Of a stretch of DNA of 64,000 nucleotides, positions 51,383-63,960 are shown piece after piece (the first letter of the stretch is position 1; each line of letters begins with the position of its first letter). A program made the translations under genes and the position numbers. Source of the stretch: Hypanus sabinus (lineage: Eukaryota); contig NC_082711.1 of the NCBI RefSeq assembly GCF_030144855.1, positions 77,314,001 to 77,378,000 on the forward strand, in the 5' to 3' direction. The notes under the pieces are model-generated. The model had not been told where the DNA came from, searched no databases, and saw nothing but the letters and a program-made list of their open reading frames with translations.

Positions 51383-52275
51383 CTTGAAAATCAATGATAA
51401 GTAGATTCATACAAGAAGTACATGAATAATTGCATTAAACTTAGGTGCAATATATAATAAAGGAAGGATGGACTAAATAAATGCATATGTTAGCAATCCA
51501 GCCTTTGGCAGAAATGTGTTCAGTAACATTAGGAGGAACTCGATGTATTTTTCTGCAGAGATGGGAACAAAGGAATAGTACATAAAAGGCTAGTTGGAAT
51601 TGGGCTAGAGTTGGTGGCCAAGGGTAGATAGAAAATATGCTATTCAAAAATCATAACAGAGGTAAACTGATATTTAGCTGACCTTTGAAAAATGCAGTCT
51701 TCCATTCAATGTCTTGTGACCACATATAATCAAAATCCGAAAGAAAGACTGTTTTCAGTTCAGTAAGATAACTTTTCTTTAACCAATATGCATCATTTCT
51801 CATGTCCTAACATTTAACTTAACTGCACTTTTGGCAGGTTAGTATATTTTATTAATTTTTCTGCAATGTCCTTTTTTTTAAATTGTAAGAATTAAGATTA
51901 TAACAAAATAGAAAGCATAGCTGATTCTCTATAAAAGCAAAGAAAATTACAGATGTTATAAAGGAAGATTATTGTTGTTTTTGTTTATATATTTAATTGT
52001 AATTATACTCTGAAAATAAACATTTGGAAAGGCTTCCTGCTCTCATAATTGTGATGTTTGCCTGGCATAGTCATTTATTTTATAATCCATGCTCACTCCC
52101 TCTCTCTGTGGCAAATGGAAACCTCTTCCTCAATGGGGGAAATCGTACAATTTCAAAAACCATGTTTACTTAGCTGCCCAGACGACATTTTACCAGATTG
52201 GCATCTCATCTATCGAAAATGCATATTACTTGGCCACGTGACACTCAATGGACATTAAACCAAGTAATATAATTT

Positions 52276-52309
52276 GTCGACGTTTCGGGCCAAGACCCTT
52301 CGTCAGGAC
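52276..52309 (-). ncRNA. Minimal hammerhead core, inverted copy (sense to the HUS1 pre-mRNA)
   Basis: Minus strand reads GTC-CTGACGA-AGGGTCTTGGCCC-GAAA-CGTC-GAC. Confidence 0.72.
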
Positions 52310-53056
52310 TAACTGAAAGGAAAGATAGTAAGAGATTTGAAAGTAGTGGGGGGAAGGGGAAATGCGAAATGATAGGCTCACCACCATTCAGTGACAAGTG
52401 CTACACCTGCCCTTACACTTCCTCCCTCACCACCATTCAGGGCTCCAGACAGTCCTTCCAGGTGAGGCGACACTTCACCTGTGAGTTGTCTGGTGTGGTA
52501 TACTGCGTCCGGTGCTCCCGGTGTGGCCTTTTATATATTGGTGAGACCCAACGCAGACTGGGAGACCATTTCGCTGAACACCTACGCTCGATCCGCCAGA
52601 AAAAGCAGGATCTCCCAGTGGCCACACATTTTAATTCCACATCCCATTCCCATTCTGATATGTCTAACCATGGCCTCCTCTACTGTCAAAATGAATCCAA
52701 ACTCAGGTTGGAGGAACAATACCTTATATACCGGCGGGTAGCCTCCAACCTGATGGCATGAACATTTACTTCTCTAACTTCCGTTAATGCCCCTCCTCCC
52801 CTTCTTACCCCATCCCTGACATATTTAGTTGTTTGCCTGTTCTCCATCTTCCTCTGGTGCTTCCTCCTCTCACCCCTTTCTTTCTCCCGAGGCCTCCCGT
52901 CCCATGATCCTTTCCCTTCTCCAGCTCTGTATCACTTTCACCAATCACCTTTCCAGCTCTTAGCTTCACCCCACCCCCTCCGGTCTTCTCCTATCATTTC
53001 GCATTTCCCCCTCCCCCCACTACTTTCAAATCTCTTAGTATCTTACCTTTCAGTTA

Positions 53057-53090
53057 GTCCTGACGAAGGGTCTCGGCCCGAAACGTCGAC
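53057..53090 (+). ncRNA. Minimal type I hammerhead ribozyme core (PLE-associated)
   Basis: GTC-CTGACGA-AGGGTCTCGGCCC-GAAA-C-GTC-GAC: intact CUGANGA and GAAA boxes, short stem II, palindromic ACGT in place of stem III, GUC cleavage triplet. Confidence 0.75.
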
Positions 53091-53453
53091 AGTGCTTCTC
53101 CTTATAGATGCTGCCTGGCCTGCTGTGTTCCACCAGTGTGTGTTGTTTGAATTTCCAGCATCTGCAGATTTCCTTGTGTTTGTAATATAATTTATGCAGT
53201 CTCTGCAAATTGGTCTTTCAGGATCCAAGGACACATTACATCAACCCCTCAGCTTCGCTTTCCTTTAACCAAAGTATGAGTTAAAAATTTCCTTTTATCT
53301 ATTAAATCACTCCTCATTACCCAACACTTCAAGAATCACATTGGCTCTCATATACCTTACTTTAGCTCTGATATTAGTTGTGATCAAAGTAGCACTTACA
53401 AATAAATATTAAACACAAAGTACACTGCTGATGCTGTGGTCAAATCAACATGA

Positions 53454-53488
53454 GTCCTGACGAAGAACCTTGGCCCGAAACGTTGACT
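53454..53488 (+). ncRNA. Hammerhead core in a separate PLE-end fragment, stem II damaged
   Basis: AGTC-CTGACGA-AGAACCTTGGCCC-GAAA-CGTT-GACT. Confidence 0.5.
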
Positions 53489-54689
53489 GTTCCTTTCAAC
53501 GGATTCTGCCCGACCTGATGTGTACAAATAAATATACCTCCTACAGGATATTGTAATCATCATTTCTAAATTTAGGCTTCTGGAGGAGTTTACTAGCCCA
53601 AAGCACAAGGAGTTAAGATGTGTGAATGGGGTTGAAGTAAACATTAGTATCTGAGAAGTTGTTTAATCAGATCAATTTTTCTCAAAAATGCAACATGGTA
53701 CAATTCCACATAACATGACTCAAGTATAATCTGTTTGAAAAATTCTATTTTAAGAATAAGGGCTTCACGTACAAGGGAAAATGACCAATTTTACCATCTC
53801 ATCCAGTCTCACACCATCCCAAATTGGTTATATATTTCTTGATTGTCACTAGGTCCAAATTCTAGAATTCTCTACCCAACCACATTATGAGAATATCTTC
53901 AACAGAAGCACTCTAACCATCTAGGAAGGCGACTTACAATCACCTTCTCCAGTGCATTTTAGGAAAGGGAAGTAAGACACTGATCTTCACTTAAGGGTGA
54001 AGCAGAAAGAATCAACAGCTTCAATTGCTTGGATGTCATCATCTTGGAAGATCTATCCTAGGTCTAAAACATAGATGCAAACATGAAGGAGATATGCCAG
54101 TGCATCTACTCTTAGAAATGTAAGGACTTTGAAATTCAAAGACTCTGATAAACTATTACAGTGGAAAGTATTCCAGCTGGTTGCATCACAGCCTGGTGTG
54201 GAAACTGCAATGCACAAGAAGGTATAAAGAAAAGTGGGCACAGCCAGTTCCTTCTCAATTTGTACCAATGTTGCTATGTTTATTTTGTGTGATTTTTGTA
54301 CAATTTCTGTTAATTTAAGTTTATTAACTTATAGTTGTGTTGTTTGTAAGGTACTGTGCTGCTGCTGCAAAAGCTAAATTTCATAGTATTTGTACCCTGG
54401 ACATGTATACCTTTAATTATAAATTAAATTTGACTTGCCAATTAGGAACCAAAATTAATGCTGTCCTTGGCAAAATGTCCACTTTTCAGAGAGAAAAAAA
54501 ATAAAGGAAGGGTTTCTCTATTCTACTACTATACGGAAAGGAATCTGAAAATAAACCAAATCAAAAATCCTACTGTTAGTAATGAAGGATCTTCCAGCAG
54601 TCCTACAATTAGATGAAATAAATGTATTTAATATTAAAGTCTATTTTTAGGAAATGATAATGTAAAAAGAAATAAACCTCATTACTTAC

Positions 54690-54797
54690 ATCAAAATCTG
54701 GAACACTGGGTTCTTCAAAATCATTCCAAAGCTTTCTGGGGATAATGCTAACAGGAATGTCATGTGTAACAATGCGACTGTGGTGAGAAAGTGATGG
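54690..54797 (-). CDS. HUS1: HUS1 exon 4 ([36 protein letters not shown]), 108 nt
   Basis: tttgtag| acceptor, GAT|gtaagt donor; conserved SRIVTHDIP motif. Confidence 0.97.
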
Positions 54798-55590
54798 CTA
54801 CAAAAACAGGAAATAAGTTATGTCTAACTTTTCCAGCAAATAATAGAAATAGAATTTATGTACAATTGTGAAATTGTCAATAGTTTGTGCATGGAATTCG
54901 ACAACTGACAATTTTACTTTTAAGCACAGATGTTTTACGTAACAACACATTTGAGGAGTTCATTAATAAATTCAGGTTCCTGATTCTATGCTGATTTACA
55001 ATATTATCTTTATCTTCTGCTTTATTTTCTTTTTAATTTCTTACTGTCGAAAACACTATTATACAGTATCTGCAACTCTGGTCTTTTGCTGTCGATTTCC
55101 TTTATAGTTTAATTTCCATTCAGCCATCCTCTTTGACATGTTTCAAAATGTTGCACAATAACCTCCCTGCTCCTGTTATTTGCCTTGGCAAATGAAAGCG
55201 AGCATTGTACATTAGGTGATTGTTGGACTTTTACATAAAGGTCCCTTTGTTTCTCAATACTGCCAAGGGCCTCACCATTCATTGTGTATGTTCTAACCTA
55301 CTTAGTCCTCCCAAAATGCATCACCTCATAATGATCCATATCATAAAGCTAACCTTGTACAGCACTGACATGAGCTACAGGGGAAATATTCCTTACTACA
55401 GCTCACAAAACTGTCAGAATTATCAAACAACTAAGCAGCAAACATCATAAAAATGTTAAAATCATTTTCACTCAGGATGTAAAAATATTGATGCTTACAG
55501 TAGAGAAAACATTTTTGGTAAAAGACATATAAAAACTGCTAGTATCACCACATAAAAACTGCTGGCATTATATATCTTCAAAGGCCTTAC

Positions 55591-55767
55591 CAGTTCCACA
55601 GCAATGGTAATGCATGGACAATGCTTCATGGTCAGTTTTATTTTCACAGCTTTTGCATTCTGGGAAGTTTTCAATGACCTTGAGAGGTTTTCAGGTGTTA
55701 GTTCCAGATAAATTTCATTATATTCAGCTGATACACCTTCAATCTGGAATTCATCAAAAAAATTGCC
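55591..55767 (-). CDS. HUS1: HUS1 exon 3 (GNFFDEFQIEGVSAEYNEIYLELTPENLSRSLKTSQNAKAVKIKLTMKHCPCITIAVEL), 177 nt
   Basis: Core of ORF 55495..55923; gcgcag| acceptor, CTG|gtaagg donor; strong HUS1 similarity. Confidence 0.97.
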
Positions 55768-57294
55768 CTGCGCATTTGAAGAAAGCACACGTGTTAAGTT
55801 GTTGAGACATGCAACACTTACAAATATGAGGTAGTTAGGCTTTTTAGGGTCGCTTTTACAGGAGTCACTCTCAGCACAGTTGATTGCTAACATTTTGAAG
55901 TAACAACTTGCTACAGGGGACAAAAGTCAGTGTTGGCAAATTTATTCTCTGATATCTTGCCAATCCTATATCTTGCACCAGGCAGTCTGAAATGTCTTTT
56001 CAATGTGTTGGCAAAACATTGAGATGTGGCAATGGGGAGGCAATTATAGGGAGAACAAGGGAAGAAATGGAACAAGGGTCAGACATTGCTCAGAGAAGAA
56101 GAAAATAAATGAGTGATGGCCAAATTGAGTCTTTTTCAATCTATCACAATCACACATATGGTCAATTCACTTTTCTAGACATCTTATATAAACTAAAGTG
56201 TCATGATGACATTAATTTTTAGAAATTCAAGATTAAGAATATGTCACCACAGAACAAATCATCAGGAGCAGGCAGTTTCTATCCTAGAGCTTCCGGTACT
56301 TTTACATTGGAAATTAACAGATATCTAATCATTAATAAAATAAAGTAAAAAGTAAAGTAATATAAGAGAGAAACCAGGATATTACAGACCAGTTTGCCTG
56401 GCATCTGTCACTTAAAGATTATTATAATCTACAAATAAGGATGGAACACTCAACCCTTGAAAATTTTCAACCAGAGTGATAACATGGATTTTGTTTTAGA
56501 AAAGCGGTCACACCTGACAAACCTTACCATAACTTTGGTCAGATGTATGTTTACATCTGAATTATATGTAAAGTTATGCATAGGAATATGTTTATATTCT
56601 TCGGAGGTAATTAACTAAGATCAAGTTTACTGGATTGAAAGTAAATTATCGATGAGCAACAGAAAGGAGAAAGAAGGGATAATGGATAAGTATTCAGATT
56701 AGCAGAAATAAAAACAGAAAATGCTGCTAACAGCAAGTTGGGCAGTAGCTTTGGTTAGGGAAACAGTTAAGAGCAGTTTTGATAAGAGAGAGTTAATTTT
56801 TCAGATCAATATATGTTTGTGAGAACTGCAAAATATAGCAAACAAATATTTGTAAAATGCACAGAAGATAGGAAGAATGGTAGGATAAAGGCAAATCTCC
56901 GATAAGGGGAGACCAAATGGGTTAACACCGCAGTGAAGAGATATAAAGATAAGAGATTCTGCAAATGCTAAAGTCTTGTAGAAGAACCTCAGCCCGAAAA
57001 AAATTGTTTATTCCCTTCCATAGATGCTACCTGACTAGCTGAGTTCTTCCAATATTTTGTATGCAGAGGCAGATTGTGTTTACTTGGCCATGTTACATTT
57101 TGCTAATAGTAAGGTTGAAGTTATGTTCTTTCAGGTCAGGCTGTAAGAACAGAGAGAAAACCTGATCATTGATAGATGTCTGGCAGGAAGATGTAGCCAG
57201 TTCTGATATAGGCAAATTTAATTTTCAGTCAAATTAGGAGGGTGGAACTAGTAGCATATGTCAGAGCATCACTTTGCAACAACTTATGTGTGAA

Positions 57295-58587
57295 AAATTT
57301 AGAGAATCATGGTCTGATCAGGGACAGTCAGCATGGCTTTGTGAAGGGGAGATCGTATCTAACAAGCCTGACAGAGTTCTTTGAGGAGGTAACCAGGCAT
57401 ATAGATGAGGGTAGTGCAGTGGATGTGATCTACAAGGTTTGGATGTGATCTTTGACAAGGTTCCACAAGGTAGGCTTATTCAGAAAGTCAGAAGACATGG
57501 GATCCAGGGAAGTTTGGCCAGGTGGATTCAGAATTGGCTTGCCTGCAGAAGGCAGAGGGTTGTGGTGGAGGGAGTACATTCAGATTGGAGGGTTGTGACT
57601 AGTGGTGTCCCACAGGAATCTGTTCTGGGACCTCTACTTTTCGTGATTATTATTAACGACCTAGATGTTGGGGTAGAAGGGTGGGTTGGCAAGTTTGCAG
57701 ACGACACAAAGGTTGGTGGTGTTGTAGGTAGTGTAGAGGATTGTCAAAGATTGCAGAGACATTGATAGGATGCAGAAGTAGGCTGAGAAGTGGCAGATGG
57801 AGTTCAACCCGGAGAAGTGTGAGGTGGTACACTTTGGAAGGACAAACTCCAAGGCAGAGTATAAAGTAAATGGCAGGATACTTGGTAGTGTGGAGGAGCA
57901 GAGGGATCGGGGGGTACATGTCCACAGATCCCTGAATGTTGCCTTACAGGTAAATAGGGTAGTTAAGAAAGCTTATGGGGTGTTAGCTTTCGTAAGTCGA
58001 GGGACAGAATTTAAGAGACGCGATGTAATGATGCAGCTCTATAAAACTCTGTTTAGGCCACACTCGGAGTACTGTGTCCAGTTCTGGTCGCCTCACTATA
58101 GGAAGGATGTAGAAGCATACATTGGAAAGGGTACAGGAGGAGATTTACCAGGATGCTGCCAGGATACCAGGTTTAGAGAGTATAGATTATGATCAGAGAT
58201 TAAGGGAGTTAGGGCTTTACTCTTTGGAGAGAAGGAGGATGAGAGGAGACATGATAGAGGTGTACAAGATATTAAGAGGAATAGACAGAGTGTACAGCCA
58301 GTGCCTCTTCCCTGGGGCACCACTGCTCAGTACATGGCTTTAAGGTAAGGGGAGGGAAGTTCAAGGGAGTTATCAGAGGAAGGTTTTTCACTCAGAGAGT
58401 GGTTGGTGCGTGGAATGCACTGCCTGAGTCAGTGAGGGAGGCAGATACACTAGTGAAGTTTAAGAGACTACTAGACAGGTATATGGAGAAATTTAAGGTG
58501 GGGGGTTATATGGGAGGCAGAGTTTGAGGGTCAGCACAACACTGTGGGCCAAAGGGCCTGTAATGTACTGTACTTTTCTACGTTCTA
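57295..58587 (+). mobile_element. CR1-clade LINE 3' portion in HUS1 intron 2
   Basis: SQHGFVKGRS, FDKVPQ, SGVPQESVLGP, KFADDTKV, RPHSEYCVQFWSP. Confidence 0.93.
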
Positions 58588-59400
58588 AAAAAGCTTTATA
58601 ACCAAGTTTGCAGTAACGTTAAGAGGGACAGCATTATATACAACGCAAGTTAAAGCATTAAATCTCAAGATTTTATCTTATCATGTGATATCACTAGAAA
58701 TACCAACATTCACTGAACTGCCAGTTAACTTGTAATTCCCATCTGTGTATTACGCATTCCTGCTGGACTCACCGCAATGAAATACAAACATTCTAAATTA
58801 CATTTAAAAAAATCTTTTTTTTAACAGAGTTTCAACAGAAGCATTTACAATAAGTTCAATAGGCTTTCTCCAGCAGAGATGTCAAAAGATATCAGGGAGC
58901 AGCAGGGCAGAACCATGGCCTTACAATGCTCAGCCCTACACTACCTCGTGGGAGGCTGCAACATCTGATTTCCAGGTCAATGTTCAAAGTAAATTTATTA
59001 TCAAAGTACATATATGTCACTATATACGATTCTGAGATTCATTTTCTTGTGGGAATACGCAATAAATCTAATACCATAATAGAATCAATGGAAGACCACA
59101 CTCAACAGGGTGGACAACCAGTGTGCAAAAAATAACAAACTGCAAATATAAAAGAAAAAAAAGGAAATAATATTAATAATAAATAAGTAAGCAATATGAA
59201 GTGCATACTTAGAATATGAGATGAAGAGTCCTTGTAAGTGAGTCCATAGGTTGTGGGAACAGTTCAGTGATGAGGTGAGTGAAGTTATCCCCTTTGATTC
59301 AAGTGTCTGATGGTTGAGGGTTAACAAATGTTCCTGAACATGGTGGTGTGAGTCCCGAGTTTTCTGTGCTTTCTTCTGATGGCAGCAGTGAAAAGAGAGT

Positions 59401-60639
59401 TTAACCTCCAGTTCGCCTATCAGCCCCGACTAGGAGTTGAGGATGCCATCATCTACCTGCTGAACCGTGTCTACACTCACCTTGACAAGCCGGCGAGCAC
59501 TGTGAGGGTCATGTTTTTTGACTTCTCCAGTGCGTTCAACACCATCCGCCCTGCTCTGCTGGGTGAGAAGCTGACAGTGATGCAGGTGGATGCTTCCCTG
59601 GTGTCATGGATTATTGATTACCTGACTAGCAGACCACAGTACATGCGCTTGCAACACTGTGTGTCAGACAGAGTGGTCAGCAGCACTGGGGCTCCACAGG
59701 GGACTGTCCTGTCTCCCTTTCTCTTCATCATCTACACCTCGGACTTCAACTACTGCACAGAGTCTTGCCATTTTCAGAAGTTTTCTGATGACTCTGCCAT
59801 AGTTGGATGCATCAGCAAGGGAGATGAGGCTGAGTACAGAGCTATGGCAGGAAACTTTGTCACATGGTGCGAGCAGAATCATCTGCAACTTAATGTGAAA
59901 AAGACTAAGGAGCTGGTGGTGGACTTGAGGAGGGCTAAGGCACCGGTGACCCGTTTCCATCCAAGGGGTCAGTGTGGACATGGTGGAGGATTACAGATAC
60001 CTGGGATACGAATTGACAATAAACTGGACTGGTCAAAGAACACTGAGGCTGTCTACAAGAAGGGTTGGAGCCGTCTCTATTTCCTGAGGAGAATGAGGTC
60101 CTTTAACATCTGCCAGACAATGCTAAGGATGCTCTACAAGGCTGTGGTGGCCACTGCTATCATGTCTGCCGTTGTGTGCTGGGGCAGCAGGCTGAGGGTA
60201 GCAGACACCAACAGAATCAACAAACTCATTCGTAAGGCCAGTGATGTTCTGGGGGCAGAACTGGACTCTCTGACGGTGGTGTCTGAAAAGAGGATGCTGT
60301 CCAAGTTGCATGCCATCTTGGACAATGACTCCCATCCACTCCATAATGTACTGGTTAGGCACAGGAGTACATTCAGCCAGAGACTCATTCCACCGAGATG
60401 TAACACTGAGCGTCATAGGAAGTTATTCCCGCCTGTGGCCATCAAACTTTACAACTCCTCTCTTGGAGTGTCAGACACCCTGAACCAATAAGCTGGTCCT
60501 GGACTTATTTCCACTTGGCATGATTAACATAATTATTTATAGTTTTATTTTGCTATATTTCTGCATTATTCTTGGTTGGCACAGCTGTAACGAAACCCAA
60601 TTTCCCTCGGGATCAATAAAGTATGTCTGTCTGTCTGTC
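59401..60639 (+). mobile_element. Rex-Babar-clade LINE, 5'-truncated, nested in an antisense older Rex-like LINE (~58980-59400 and ~60640-60880)
   Basis: ORF 59379..60491: QFAYQP, FFDFSSAFNTI, TGAPQGTVLSPFLF, KFSDDSAIVG; 3' AATAAA plus (GTCT)n tail. Confidence 0.93.
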
Positions 60640-61256
60640 AATCTGGGTGGCAGGGGTCCTCGATGATAGATGTTACTTTCCTGCAACAGTGCTTAGTGTA
60701 GGTTTGCTCAATGGTGATAAGGACTTTACCCATGATGGACTGGGCTGTATCCACTACTTTTCGTAAGATTTTCCGTTCAAGGGCATTGGTGTTTACATAT
60801 TAGGTTGTGATGTAGCCAATCAATATACTTTCCATCATACATCTATAGTTTATCAAAGTTTTAGATGTCATGCTGAATTAGTCTCACAGAGGCATTACAG
60901 GAAAGCTCAACAGATGAGGGAGTGCAGGACAAGATGACCATCTGTTACAAAATTCATTGCATTTCATTCCTATGTCTTCCGTACTGCATTCATCATTATA
61001 TTCGCCCATTCACCATGGCCAATATTCTCAAAGCACCATCTCCAAATACGAGTAAAGATTTGGCGAGGAAATTCAAGGAAAGAGGATAACTAATGATAAG
61101 AGCAAACATTAGCAGTGAGTAAAAGTTGCTTTAGAGATCAATGTAAAAGTGTCAGTTTGCACATAAACATAAATACAATATTCCATATTGGGTACACAAA
61201 GTAAAATTATACCTATTACCAAAAATCTTAATTAATTCAGTTAAATTTCAGTTTAC

Positions 61257-61384
61257 CTGAAATAGCTGACACCACATAGCAACACCTCCACTAGCAACTT
61301 TGTCAGATAAGATGAAGAAAAGCTTGTCAGAACTAAGTCTTAAAATACATGTTTTTGTGAGCTTTGATATCGTATTCACTATAC
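61257..61384 (-). CDS. HUS1: HUS1 exon 2 ([43 protein letters not shown]), 128 nt
   Basis: Acceptor ccacag|, donor CAG|gtaaac; phase 1 joins exon 1; HUS1-like peptide. Confidence 0.96.
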
Positions 61385-62699
61385 CTGTGGATATACAAAA
61401 AATTCAATGATTAAGATGCAGAATTTAGTCAAGATGATTCCAAGTCAATTCTCACAATGAAGATAGGATGTTCTTCAATTGATTTAGCTAAGATTCAGCC
61501 TAGTTTTGCTCATATCTGATCGATGTTGCAAAATAGATCACTGCATTGTTATCAAACATTAAGCCTGACTTTATCCTTTTTCGGGAAAAGTAATAACATT
61601 TGGAGCTCCTGAATCAGTGAGAAAATTCTGGTAGCAAAGTCCAAATACCTTTTAATGATTCAATGATTCTCCTCACTCAAAGGGATCTAATTTGGTCTTT
61701 TGGTTATTAGCGGTGACTGGAGGCTAATTTTCAATATGGAACTATAAAAATAGCAGGTCAAATGTGAAAAGTTAATTGATACTGGAAATTAAATAAATAA
61801 ATAAATATTTGTCTCAATTTATGCACTAAAATTAAACTAGTAATTCTTGTTTCCACTGATTTGCAGTTAAATGCCACCTTTCAACACCTGAGCATTTTTA
61901 AAGCTAGTGAATATCCCGTCACTGCTCAGGCAGACAACGTAGTCGCTCCTGTACATGCAGTAATTCCTCAGTAGCAACACATTGAAAATAATCGGATAAT
62001 GTGTTTGCAGCAACATTAGCTGAAGGATAAATGTTACACTACACACTGGAAAGCATTCTCCTGCTCTATTACTACATATAACAATCTGACAGATCAAAAA
62101 GGTACTTGAGCAAAGCTTTATTTTTGGAATAAAGTTTGGGAAGACACTGGATTCATAGTTCAAAGATTGAGCCTCAAGTACAAAGGTTTAATTTCATCAA
62201 TTTCTCTCAAGTAGCTATGTTGGTCAGGGAAGAGTAATAGAAGTTCCTGGAGAAACAGCCAGCATGGAACTCCTAAAATGAGATTCAAATATACAATTGT
62301 GGGAAGAGAAGGCACAGATCCAGAACGCAACAATGAGCTCCAGGGCTTTGAAAAGGAAGTGGATGAGAGTTTTGGATAGTAATTTCCGATGATGGATATT
62401 CTGAGGAAAGAGAAACTTGTAAATGTAGGGAGTACCGAATAACACTTCCCAAACTGCAATTCCTCTGGTGGCTCAGTTTTACAAACGGAAGCCAGAAAAG
62501 AAAAACATTGGGGTTGATGACAGAGGGGAAGGGCAAAAAAAAAAGTGATTTGACTGAATTATTTCAGCTTCTAGCTACTATCGGAATGGAGAAAGGAACA
62601 CAGAGATCATGGAAATTGACTCAATTAAATACAAAGCTTGCAGAGAACGAAGCTAATTGGGGGTAGGGGGTATCTTTTCCGCCTAATAAGTCAACGGTA

Positions 62700-63090
62700 A
62701 ATGGGACAGCAAGTGCTTCTGCCTCGGTCAGGAGTGGACCCTTGTCCAGGATACACTCAATGCGCTGCGCTCACTGGGAGCCCCTATGCACATGCACACG
62801 CACACAGCAACTACCAACCGACACTCACGAGTGAAATGATTCAAACAACCGACATCCACAATTTTCGCTCGAAACTTCATAGCCGCCAGTGAGAAAAACG
62901 TCACTGCCATAGTACTTCCGTCCGCTAGCTGAGCGTCATTTCCGCCATGGTCAAGACGCGGATCGGTTACCATGGCGACAAGCAACAGCGGATGTTCCAC
63001 AGCCAGAGAAGATTTTGCATTGGCACCCGCAATCAGGGCGACACGGTTAACTTTGGCCCAGTGGACAGAGGGAAAACAGAGGCCGCTGTG
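62700..63090. promoter_or_regulatory. HUS1 CpG-island promoter with ETS (ACTTCCG 62914-62920), YY1-like (CCGCCAT 62942-62948) and RFX X-box-like (GTTACCATGGCGAC 62966-62979) motifs
   Basis: Local CpG enrichment around exon 1; motifs read directly from the sequence; function inferred. Confidence 0.75.
62829..62880 (-). CDS. HUS1: HUS1 coding exon 1 (MKFRAKIVDVGCLNHFT+R split), 52 nt
   Basis: ATG at 62880-62878; peptide matches the vertebrate HUS1 N-terminus MKFRAKIVD..CLNHFTR; donor C|GTGAGT; CpG-rich context. Confidence 0.97.
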
Positions 63091-63179
63091 ATGGATATTC
63101 ACTGTTCTTGTTTTTCTTTGCCTACTTTGCTTTCTAAGCAAGCATCTGAAACTTGCACGATCACAAACAATTGTAAGGA

Positions 63180-63960
63180 AGCTTCTAATTGTTTAGTTTC
63201 TAGTTGTAAGTGGAAGTCAGTCTTCAGTTCTTAAAACATAAATGCAAAGTATCTTCTTGTGCTTGATTTTAAAGCCAGCAGTGCTGGTTCTCGAACTGAT
63301 GACTTTCCAAGTGATCATGGCTCTATGTATTTCTGCTGTCATCATGAAGGCTGCACCCTGTATGCAGTGCATCATTGCTCTGATGGCCTGTGTGGATGGT
63401 ACCTACCCCTTCTGTCAGTCGAGTCTCTCCAGATGGTGTCCATGTTGTCTCACTCAGTTCAAGAATTGACGGTTTGTACCTTTTCATTACATTTGCTATG
63501 GTGGTGGACTTTCCTGCCTGGTACGTGGTTTTCACATCCCATGTACCGATATGGACTTTGGTGACAAAGGAGTTGTCAGCTGTGCAGGATCCTGATGGCT
63601 TTCCCTGCATTATGTCATGTACTTACTCAGTGATGAGCTTCTTCTCACAAAGTATGGTTGGAGATCATCAATGTTTCTGTATTCCATTGTATCTACTGTA
63701 CGTTCCCCAGAGCCCTGTTGGCCAGCCTTATCCATTGCCACCTGTCACAGCAGGGACATGGGGTTGGACTTTGAGAGCTTTTTATGAGAGTACTTGTGGC
63801 TATTTATAGCCAATAGGGCTTAAGTCTTTCTTTGTGTTTAAAACTTTGTGGTAAGCAAACTCACTGTCATCATAGTCGGTGCCTGACATGGTCATGTTAT
63901 ATCAAAAATATTATCTTAGAAAGAATTATTATTTAGCAGTAATGCAATTCAGAGAGCTGT
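63180..63960 (-). mobile_element. RTE-clade LINE endonuclease fragment just upstream of HUS1
   Basis: HIGTWDVKT..QAGK...MKRYKPSILELSETTWTPSG (APE N-terminus). Confidence 0.8.

Larger units (their letters stand above)
52276..53181 (+). mobile_element. 5'-truncated, 5'-inverted Penelope-like element (GIY-YIG endonuclease C-terminus plus terminal repeat)
   Basis: ORF 52369..52761 has VVYCVRCSRCGLLYIGETQRRLGDHFAEH; ~100-bp inverted repeat 52276-52376 / 52990-53090; 12-bp TSD GTAATATAATTT at 52264-52275 and 53182-53193. Confidence 0.93.

Noticed and set aside
55495-55923. 142-aa ORF as a standalone gene
   Set aside because: Only 55591-55767 is HUS1-like and splice-bounded; the rest is intronic read-through.
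62947-63234. 95-aa + strand ORF as a head-to-head gene
   Set aside because: No recognisable homology, and it runs into an RTE fragment; kept only as a promoter question.
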